A stretch of 64,000 nucleotides of DNA from an uncultured Thermomicrobiales bacterium (GTDB lineage: Bacteria > Chloroflexota > Chloroflexia > Thermomicrobiales > CFX8). This document shows, piece after piece, positions 23,346 to 30,728 of this stretch. The stretch lies in the NCBI GenBank assembly GCA_964462545.1, contig CAYWXR010000013.1, positions 12,364 to 76,363 of the forward strand, written 5' to 3'. Made by a program: the position numbers and the translations under genes. How positions within the stretch are numbered: position 1 is the first letter of the stretch; the number at the start of each line of letters is the position of its first letter. The notes under the pieces were generated by a model that had not been told where the DNA came from, ran no database searches, and saw nothing but the letters and a program-made list of their open reading frames with translations.

Positions 23346-23357
23346 GTGTACGTACGC
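23346..23357. promoter_or_regulatory. Palindromic operator candidate, copy B (GTGTACGTACGC)
   Basis: 11/12 match to GTGTACGTACAC. The left flank ACAGTGTACGTAC is identical to copy D. Sits 9 nt after a possible TTGCGC-N17-TATCCT promoter and about 30 nt upstream of the LysM-M23 ORF. Confidence 0.45.
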
Positions 23358-23385
23358 CCAAAAGCGTAACGAGGCACGCCGAAGT

Positions 23386-25161
23386 TTGCACTGGGCCGAC
23401 GGTCGCACCAAACGATACGGCCGTTCCAGGAAGCGGGGCAATCACTTGGATCAGCAGCAACATCACACCGGAAAGCAGACGGGCCATACCTCGGACGAGG
23501 ACATCCTTCTCTCGCAACATACCGCGGAGATACCGGTTGTCCAGATGATGGATGGCCGGTTGCCGGCACCGTTCGTGCCGGACTTCGCCTGGAAGCCGGG
23601 GATGAACGATTATCCGGTCGCCCTCATTCCGTCATCCAGCACCTTGCGCCGAAAGGGAACGCTGAGCGCCGGCGAATGGGATGATGTACCGCTGCTGGAG
23701 GATATCGAACGTCACCGGTTGCCGGTTCGCTACATCCCGCACGCGCTGGCTGTTGTCGCTGTCGTTGCGGTCGTCATGTCCAACAGCCTCTGGTGGAACC
23801 GCGGCGAGAAGTCGCCGGATAACCCGGTTGAGACCCCGGCTGCTGTTGTTGACTCTGGCGATGCGGACTCTACCGATGCTCCGTCATTGCTGGATCGCGT
23901 TCAACAGCCCGGCCAGGGCGGCAACGTTCCCAGCGCAACGCCAACAACCGAAGTTGAGAAAGATGCAACCCGGCCTGCCGCTGCTGCGACCAGCGAGGTG
24001 GCACCAACAGCAACACCAACCACTACGACAACGCCGCCCGCTTCGTCCAGTGATGGTGCCCCGGTAGAACGCATTCCGGGCGCCGGCACATTTGAGCGCA
24101 GAACGTTCGACGGCGAACGGTTGATTGACATTGCCGGGGTCTACGGGCTCTCGGTAACCACGCTCGCCTGGGCGAATGACATCGACGATCCAACCGCATT
24201 GGTCGGCGAGGGCGTGATGTTGACGATTCCGCCGGTTGATGGAGTGCTGCACACTGTCCAGGCCGGCGATACCCTCGAGAGCATCGCCGCCGCCTATGGT
24301 TCAGATCCTGAGACGATCATCGGTTTTGAGCCGAATGGCGTTGCAAGTTCGGCCGACCTGTATCCGGGCCAGTCGATCATGGTTCCGTGGGGCGTTGTCC
24401 GCGACTGGGGCAAGCTGCGCGAATACACGGTCCAGGAAGGCGATCACCTCTGGACGATTGCTGACTACTTTGGCGTTACGCCGCAGACGATTGCCTTTGC
24501 CAACACCCTGCCGCGCCCGGAGATGATTGGCGTTGGTCAGGAGTTGGTGATCCCGCCGGGAGATGGAGCCCTCATCATTGTCGAGGCAGGCGATCATGTT
24601 GAAGCGATTGCCGCGGAGTTCGGGGTGGATCCGCAGGCAATCCGTGATTACGAATTCAACAACCTGGGTGGGGACCGGGTTTTGCAGGAGGGACAGTACC
24701 TGTTGGTACCGGGCGCGGCTCTGCCCGACCTTGAGTCGGCGGAGCCATCCGCTCTGGACGCCAACACGGTAGCCGGAGAAGGGGCGTTCAACCCTGCAAG
24801 CGGTGTCTTCATCTGGCCAACCAGCGGCACGATCTCACAGGAGTTCCACGGCGGTCACAGTGGTATTGATATTGCCAACCAGGAGTGGACTCCGGTCAAC
24901 GCAGCAGACGGCGGCATCGTGATCTTCGCCGGATGGAATGACTACGGGTTGGGCTATGCCGTCGGTATCGATCACGGCAATGGCCGCCAAACCTGGTACG
25001 GGCACCTGATTGGCGAGCCGTTCGTCGAGGTTGGCCAGACTGTCTGGCAGGGTGGCTACCTCGGTGGCATGGGCTCTACCGGAAAATCCACTGGCCCACA
25101 CCTACACTTTGTCGTCATGGAGAATGGTGTCTACCAAAATCCGCTGAACTACCTGCAATAG
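23386..25161 (+). CDS. Membrane-anchored LysM-repeat M23 family metallopeptidase
   Basis: One TM helix (ALAVVAVVAVVMSNSLWW), a Thr/Pro-rich linker, four LysM-like repeats, and an M23 domain with HSGID (HxxxD) and HLH (HxH). Start is uncertain: TTG 23386 or ATG 23545. Confidence 0.8.
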   Translation: MHWADGRTKRYGRSRKRGNHLDQQQHHTGKQTGHTSDEDILLSQHTAEIPVVQMMDGRLPAPFVPDFAWKPGMNDYPVALIPSSSTLRRKGTLSAGEWDDVPLLEDIERHRLPVRYIPHALAVVAVVAVVMSNSLWWNRGEKSPDNPVETPAAVVDSGDADSTDAPSLLDRVQQPGQGGNVPSATPTTEVEKDATRPAAAATSEVAPTATPTTTTTPPASSSDGAPVERIPGAGTFERRTFDGERLIDIAGVYGLSVTTLAWANDIDDPTALVGEGVMLTIPPVDGVLHTVQAGDTLESIAAAYGSDPETIIGFEPNGVASSADLYPGQSIMVPWGVVRDWGKLREYTVQEGDHLWTIADYFGVTPQTIAFANTLPRPEMIGVGQELVIPPGDGALIIVEAGDHVEAIAAEFGVDPQAIRDYEFNNLGGDRVLQEGQYLLVPGAALPDLESAEPSALDANTVAGEGAFNPASGVFIWPTSGTISQEFHGGHSGIDIANQEWTPVNAADGGIVIFAGWNDYGLGYAVGIDHGNGRQTWYGHLIGEPFVEVGQTVWQGGYLGGMGSTGKSTGPHLHFVVMENGVYQNPLNYLQ

Positions 25162-25172
25162 CAGGAAACCGG

Positions 25173-25212
25173 AGCGGGCGCGGCAGGGATGCCGCGTCCG
25201 CTTCGTGTTTTT
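25173..25212 (+). terminator. Intrinsic terminator after the LysM-M23 gene
   Basis: 13-bp stem AGCGGGCGCGGCA / TGCCGCGTCCGCT (one G-U pair), GGGA loop, then TCGTGTTTTT. Confidence 0.75.
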
Positions 25213-25340
25213 GGGCGGGGGAGAACCATGCGCCGTGATATGCTTGACTGCTGTTGGCGAGGATCGTCGCAACGGAAAAACACCTTGCAACAGGTCAGTA
25301 TCGTTCGCTTCACAGCGAACTCGAATAGCTTGAGCATGCA

Positions 25341-26405
25341 ATGCAGATGATTCGACCGGTCAACGCGTTTTTTGGCCTGTTCAGCCGCGATCTTGGTATC
25401 GACCTTGGAACCGCAAACACCCTCGTCTACGTACGTGGCAAGGGCATCGTTATTTCCGAGCCTTCGGTGGTGGCGGTCGATACACGCACCAAGCGGGTCG
25501 TGGCAGTCGGTGTCGAGGCCAAGGCGATGGTCGGCAAGACACCGGAAACCATTGTTGCTGTCCGTCCCCTCAAGGACGGCGTGATTGCCGACTTCGACAC
25601 GGTCGAGGTCATGCTCCATTACTTCATTCGCAAGGTCCATCTTCAGCGCGTTATGGCACCGCACCCGCGAGTGGTGATCGGTATCCCTTCCGGGGTGACC
25701 GAGGTCGAGAAGCGTGCTGCCAAGGATGCCGCCCTTTCTGCCGGCGCTCGTGAAGCGTATGCCATCGAGGAGCCAATGGCGGCAGCGATTGGTGCCGGTC
25801 TGCCGATCAACGAACCGGTCGGCAGCATGATTGTTGATATCGGCGGTGGCACAACCGAGGTCGCGGTGATCTCGCTCGGTGATAACGTGGTCAACCAGTC
25901 GATCCGGATTGCCGGCGACGAAATTGACGAGGCCATGATCCAGTATGCCCGGCGTGACCACAACCTGGTGATCGGTGAACGCACCGCGGAGAACGCCAAG
26001 ATCGCCGCCGGTTCGGCCTATCCGCTCGAACAGGAGCGGCGGGTGATGCTGCGCGGGCGTGACCTGTTGACCGGCCTGCCAAAATCGGTCGAGGTGAGCA
26101 GCGTTGAAATTCGCGATGCGATCAGCGCGCCGGTCAATGCCATTGTCGATCTGGTTCGTGATTGTGTTGAGGAAACACCTCCTGAACTGGTTGCCGACAT
26201 CATGGAGCAGGGCATAACCCTGGCTGGTGGTGGAGCATTGTTAGAGGGTCTCGACCGCCGGCTCCAGGCAGAATTGCGGATGCCGGTCCATCGGGCTGAG
26301 GACCCCCTGACCTGTGTTGCTCGCGGCACAGGGCGGGTAGCCGAAGCACTCCATCTGTACCGGCGTGCGCTTGCCAGCGGACAAGACCTTCGCCGGGCCG
26401 GCTAG
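25341..26405 (+). CDS. mreB: Rod shape-determining protein MreB (paralogue 2, in the mre operon)
   Basis: 354 aa. [44 protein letters not shown]. Followed directly by mreC. Confidence 0.95.
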   Translation: MQMIRPVNAFFGLFSRDLGIDLGTANTLVYVRGKGIVISEPSVVAVDTRTKRVVAVGVEAKAMVGKTPETIVAVRPLKDGVIADFDTVEVMLHYFIRKVHLQRVMAPHPRVVIGIPSGVTEVEKRAAKDAALSAGAREAYAIEEPMAAAIGAGLPINEPVGSMIVDIGGGTTEVAVISLGDNVVNQSIRIAGDEIDEAMIQYARRDHNLVIGERTAENAKIAAGSAYPLEQERRVMLRGRDLLTGLPKSVEVSSVEIRDAISAPVNAIVDLVRDCVEETPPELVADIMEQGITLAGGGALLEGLDRRLQAELRMPVHRAEDPLTCVARGTGRVAEALHLYRRALASGQDLRRAG

Positions 26406-26429
26406 CCGGATGCGTGCTCCAGTGTCAGG

Positions 26430-27257
26430 ATGGCGACTGCCATGACTCTCACAATGCGTCATACTGCCATCCTTGTTGCAGGTATTCTCATTCTTAGCCT
26501 GATCCTGATCGTCCTCGATGGCCGTGATCGTCTCGACCGGCCGAAGGATATGGTGTCCGGGTTGGTGAGCCCGATTGCCGGACGTCTGACCGATGCAGGA
26601 TCGAGGCTTTCGGGTGGTCGAAATGCCACCGACGAGGAACTGCTTGCAGAGAACGAGCAGCTTCGTTCCGAACGTGACACCTTGCTGGCCGAGAATGCCC
26701 GTCTGCGGGAACTGGAAGCAACGGTCGAGCAGCTCCAGGCGCAACTGGAGTTTCAGCAGGCACGGCCCAACCTGACCTCGGTGCCGGCCAACGTCATCAG
26801 CCGCGATCCCCAGAGCCGGGAGAAGTTCGTCATTATTGACCGCGGGTCGAACGATGGTATTGACATCGGCATGCCGGTCGTCAGCCCGTATTTCCTGGTG
26901 GGCCACATCACCGAGGTCGAACCAAACCGCGCCAAGGTGACCTTGACCGTTGATTCTGCGTTCCAGATCGGTGCCATTCTCCAGAACTCTCGCGGGATGG
27001 GGATTGTCTATGGCCGCTGGCAGGCAGGTGGACGGATGGTCATGCGCCACATCCAGGCAGATACCCAAATCGAGGAGAACGAACTGGTTGTCACCTCGCG
27101 CCTGACTGAAGGGATTCCGGAAGGCATCATTATCGGTACGGTGATTGACATAGAGCGCGATGAACTCCGGAACGAGGTGCAGGTGACCGTCAACCCGGCA
27201 GTCAATTTCGACAGTCTCCAGACCGTGACGGTCATTACCGGCGAAACCGGTACCTGA
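26430..27257 (+). CDS. mreC: Rod shape-determining protein MreC
   Basis: 275 aa. N-terminal TM helix, coiled coil (LLAENEQLRSERDTLLAENARLRELE), beta-rich C-terminal domain (GMPVVSPYFLVGHITEV ... GIPEGIIIGTV). Confidence 0.85.
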   Translation: MATAMTLTMRHTAILVAGILILSLILIVLDGRDRLDRPKDMVSGLVSPIAGRLTDAGSRLSGGRNATDEELLAENEQLRSERDTLLAENARLRELEATVEQLQAQLEFQQARPNLTSVPANVISRDPQSREKFVIIDRGSNDGIDIGMPVVSPYFLVGHITEVEPNRAKVTLTVDSAFQIGAILQNSRGMGIVYGRWQAGGRMVMRHIQADTQIEENELVVTSRLTEGIPEGIIIGTVIDIERDELRNEVQVTVNPAVNFDSLQTVTVITGETGT

Positions 27258-27258
27258 G

Positions 27259-28671
27259 ATGGCAGGCATTGATCTGCGGCTGAAGGCCGCGCTGGCAACC
27301 AGCAAGGTATTGACCAGCGGCATCCGCCGTCTCGGACGAGGTGGTGGTACCGCGTTTCCCGGGATGGTTGCCAACAAGATTGACCCGCACATCCTCGAAA
27401 AACTTGCCGGGAAGTTGCCGCACGGTGTGACGGTGGTTGCCGGCACCAATGGCAAGACAACCAGCAGCCGGATGCTGGCGAATGTCCTGCAGGCGAGCGG
27501 CTACACGGTCGTGCACAACCGTTCGGGGTCGAACCTGGTGCGGGGCATTTCCGGTGCCTTTGCCGAGCAGATGCCGCTACGAGGTGGCAAGGCGCCGGAT
27601 ATTGGTGTGATTGAATCCGACGAAAACGCCTTGCCGGATGTCATCCGTCAGACGCGACCAAAGCTGATCCTCCTGCTCAATCTCTTCCGTGACCAACTGG
27701 ACCGCTACGGTGAGCTGGAAACCATTGCCCGTCACTGGGCGCCAGTGATCGCGTCGCTGCCTCCGGATACCACGCTCGTTATCAACGCCGATGATCCCAA
27801 CCTTGCTGCCCTTGCCGAGCAGACCAAAGCACGGGTAGTGACGTTTGGACTGGAGACCGCAGGGCACGAGTTGCCGGAACTCCCGCACGCGGCTGATGCG
27901 GCGTTCTGCCGGCGTTGTGAAATCCGCTTCGATTACGACGCGATCTACGTGTCGCACCTGGGCGATTATCACTGCCCCAATTGCGGCTACCGTCGTCCTG
28001 CACTGGATGTGGCGGCGACGGATATCCAGTTCCAGGGAATGGAGCGACTCCGCCTTGAGGTTCGAGACGGGAACGACCGTCATGAACTCAATGTCGCGCT
28101 GCCAGGTTTGTACAACGCCTACAACGCACTCGGCGTCATTGCGGCATCGCTGGCCCTGGATATTGCTCCGGAGACAATAGCCGCCGCGTTGGGCACCTTT
28201 GAGGCAGCGTTTGGCCGTCTGGAGAAGATCAACTACCAGGGGCGGCACCTGACGCTGGCGCTCTCGAAGAACCCGGTAGGCTTCAATGAGGTAATCCGGA
28301 TGCTGACGACCGAGCCGGTAACCGGCCCGGTTATCATCGGTATCAACGATCTCTACGCAGACGGCACGGATGTCTCCTGGCTGTGGGATGTTGATTTCGA
28401 GGCACTCGCCAGTGAGCCGCACAGCGGGAAGATTTTGCCGGCCGGGATTCGGGGAGATGACCTGGCTGTCCGGATGAAGTACGCCGGGTTGCCGGATTCA
28501 CGGCTTGATACCCGTCTGCTCGATCTCGACTTTGCTGATGTCGTACGCAAGTTGCCGGAGGTTATCCCCGAAGGCGAGAACGTCTTTGTGCTGTTGACAT
28601 ATACAGCAATGTTACAGTTGCGTCGCGCACTGGCAGAGACAGGTGTTACCGCCGAATTCTGGAAGCAGTGA
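27259..28671 (+). CDS. murT: Lipid II isoglutaminyl synthase subunit MurT (Mur ligase family)
   Basis: 470 aa. GTNGKTTSS P-loop, NLFRDQLDRYGE, Cys4 ribbon CRRC...CPNC, C-terminal DVSWLWDVDFE motif. Immediately followed by gatD. Confidence 0.85.
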   Translation: MAGIDLRLKAALATSKVLTSGIRRLGRGGGTAFPGMVANKIDPHILEKLAGKLPHGVTVVAGTNGKTTSSRMLANVLQASGYTVVHNRSGSNLVRGISGAFAEQMPLRGGKAPDIGVIESDENALPDVIRQTRPKLILLLNLFRDQLDRYGELETIARHWAPVIASLPPDTTLVINADDPNLAALAEQTKARVVTFGLETAGHELPELPHAADAAFCRRCEIRFDYDAIYVSHLGDYHCPNCGYRRPALDVAATDIQFQGMERLRLEVRDGNDRHELNVALPGLYNAYNALGVIAASLALDIAPETIAAALGTFEAAFGRLEKINYQGRHLTLALSKNPVGFNEVIRMLTTEPVTGPVIIGINDLYADGTDVSWLWDVDFEALASEPHSGKILPAGIRGDDLAVRMKYAGLPDSRLDTRLLDLDFADVVRKLPEVIPEGENVFVLLTYTAMLQLRRALAETGVTAEFWKQ

Positions 28672-28692
28672 AAGCCGGAAAGGCCGCACAGC

Positions 28693-29424
28693 ATGGAACT
28701 CAGGATCGGCTGGCTCTACGGCCACGAAATGAATATTTACGGCGACCGGGGCAATGTGCTGGCACTCACCCGGCGTGCCGAATGGCGCGGCATCGCCGTT
28801 GAGGTTGTCACCATTGGACTCGGCGAACCGATTCCCGCTGGCGGGATGGACCTCTATTTCTGGGGTGGTGGGCAGGACCGCGAGCAAATTGCGGTGGCCG
28901 CTGACCTGGTGGGCGAAAAGGGCCGCAACCTCAAGGCTGCCATCGAGGATGGCACACCGATTCTTGCCATTTGTGGTGGCTACCAGTTGCTCGGACATTA
29001 TTACCGTCCGCATGGAGAACCGGATCTTCCCGGCATCGGCGCCCTGAATGTGGTGAGCGAGGCCGGTAGGGAACGCTTCATCGGCAATGTAGTGGTCGAT
29101 TCGGAAGAGTTCGGAGAACTTGTCGGGTTCGAGAACCATTCCGGGCTGACCTTCCACCGCGAAGGGGTCCATTCTCTCGGGAAGGTGCGGGTCGGACGCG
29201 GCGATAATGGCGTCGACGGAGTAGGCGGCGCACGCTATCTCAATGCGATTGGTTGCTACCTGCACGGAGCATTGTTACCGAAGAACCCCGTTGTGACCGA
29301 CTGGCTGCTGTCTGCGGCACTGGAGCGCAAATATGGCCGGGCAGACCTCGCACCGATTGATGACCGTATCGAACGCCGGGCGCACGAACAGGTGATCCGT
29401 CGTGCTGCTCAACTGGCGCGTTAA
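28693..29424 (+). CDS. gatD: Lipid II isoglutaminyl synthase glutaminase subunit GatD (CobB/CobQ-like GATase)
   Basis: 243 aa. LYGHEMNIYGDRGNVLAL N-terminus, catalytic Cys in ICGGYQLLG, His in YLHG. Confidence 0.85.
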   Translation: MELRIGWLYGHEMNIYGDRGNVLALTRRAEWRGIAVEVVTIGLGEPIPAGGMDLYFWGGGQDREQIAVAADLVGEKGRNLKAAIEDGTPILAICGGYQLLGHYYRPHGEPDLPGIGALNVVSEAGRERFIGNVVVDSEEFGELVGFENHSGLTFHREGVHSLGKVRVGRGDNGVDGVGGARYLNAIGCYLHGALLPKNPVVTDWLLSAALERKYGRADLAPIDDRIERRAHEQVIRRAAQLAR

Positions 29425-29439
29425 GGGATCGGGGATGAC

Positions 29440-30195
29440 ATGACAGAACCACTCCGCATCGCGATCGTTTCAGATGTTCACGGCAACATGATGGCGCTGG
29501 ATGCAGTGGCGGCTGCTCTGAACGAGCATGGTCCGTTCGACCAGATTATCGGTGGTGGTGATTACATCTCGGGCGGTGCGTTCCCGAAAGAGGTCATGGA
29601 GTTTCTCTGGCAGGCCGGTTGGAACCTGGTGCGAGGCAACAGTGACGAGTGGCTCGTTGACCTTGCAACCGAAGGCCGTATTCCCGCGACGAACTACCCG
29701 CCAAGTGGTTTGCCGAATCAGATAGTCAAGGATCAGCTGCTCTGGAACGCCGGACACCTGTCGGAAGATGATCTGGAGTTTCTGGGAACGCGTCCACTGA
29801 CCTGGACGGTTGACGGACCGAGTGGCCAGAAGTTGGTTTTTGCGCACTCAACCCCGACCAGCACCCATCCGGTACAAGGGCCGGATGATCCCGACGAAGT
29901 GTTCATGCCATTCTTTGCCGAAACCGGCGCTTCGGTTTATCTCTACGGCCACATTCATTACGCGTGGCTGCGCGATACGCCGGCCGGAACGGTAGGCTGT
30001 GTCGGTGCGGTTGGATTGCCGTTCGATGGTGACCATCGCCCCTGCTTCATGATTGCAACTGATGACGGCAGCGGTTGGTCGCTGGAGCATCACCGGATTG
30101 CCTACGACCACGAGGCATACGCTGAGGCCCTGATGCAATCGGGGATTCCGCATGCCGAGGGCCAGGTGAAACGGGTACTGAACGCCGGTGCCTGA
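29440..30195 (+). CDS. Metallophosphoesterase family protein (YfcE/MJ0936-like)
   Basis: 251 aa. The motif series IVSDVHGN, GGGDY, GNSD, GHIH is typical of calcineurin-like phosphoesterases. Confidence 0.75.
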   Translation: MTEPLRIAIVSDVHGNMMALDAVAAALNEHGPFDQIIGGGDYISGGAFPKEVMEFLWQAGWNLVRGNSDEWLVDLATEGRIPATNYPPSGLPNQIVKDQLLWNAGHLSEDDLEFLGTRPLTWTVDGPSGQKLVFAHSTPTSTHPVQGPDDPDEVFMPFFAETGASVYLYGHIHYAWLRDTPAGTVGCVGAVGLPFDGDHRPCFMIATDDGSGWSLEHHRIAYDHEAYAEALMQSGIPHAEGQVKRVLNAGA

Positions 30196-30224
30196 TCAGG
30201 TGACCGGCCACTGCTCGACTCGAG

Positions 30225-30728
30225 GTGCGGGCTGACATGGACAGGTTCCTGTTTGCGATCTGCCTGATGTCCGTTGCGCTGTTGCAGGCGACGTTCGTGC
30301 CGGCAGCAAACGTGCTGACCATCGTTCCGGATGTCGCTCTGGTGCTGTTGCTGGTCTGGAGTTCCTCGCGTGGTGTCCGGGAAGGCGTGATCTGGGCGTT
30401 CGGATTGGGCCTCTGGCTTGACTTCCTGACGCTGGACATGTTGGGAACCCATGTGTTGCCACTGCTGGTGGTGGCTGTTATTGGCGGGGTTTCCCAGGGC
30501 AGGTTGTTTCGCTCCGGGCTGGTGCTGCCTGCAGTCGCCGTCATTGGTGCGACGCTGGCATATCGTATCGTTGAAATGCTGGTACGGGTACTGACGGGCG
30601 ACGTCGTGCTCATGCCGGCGGAAGTACGGCTGGCCATCCTTGCGGCATTGCTGAATGTCCTGCTCGTACCGTTGGTGTATGGATTTGTTCTGATTATGGA
30701 TCGGTGGATACCCAAGCGTGTTTCGTAA
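30225..30728 (+). CDS. mreD: Rod shape-determining protein MreD
   Basis: 167 aa, about 5 TM helices, located just upstream of and overlapping mrdA. Assigned from size, hydrophobicity and context. Confidence 0.7.
   Translation: MRADMDRFLFAICLMSVALLQATFVPAANVLTIVPDVALVLLLVWSSSRGVREGVIWAFGLGLWLDFLTLDMLGTHVLPLLVVAVIGGVSQGRLFRSGLVLPAVAVIGATLAYRIVEMLVRVLTGDVVLMPAEVRLAILAALLNVLLVPLVYGFVLIMDRWIPKRVS

Noticed and set aside
23358-23544. Cyclic-di-AMP (ydaO-type) or other riboswitch in front of the LysM-M23 peptidase. Such riboswitches often precede cell-wall hydrolase genes.
   Set aside because: I could not find the conserved ydaO sequence blocks (ACGGGGAG and CAGCUAACCUCGUAAGCG types). The region is also an open reading frame in phase with the peptidase. 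An Rfam scan would be needed to settle it.
25428-25437. CTACGTACGT inside mreB, resembling the palindrome core.
   Set aside because: It lies in coding sequence for the conserved MreB segment LVYVRG and lacks the TGTAC/GTACA half-sites. It is most simply a codon-driven coincidence.
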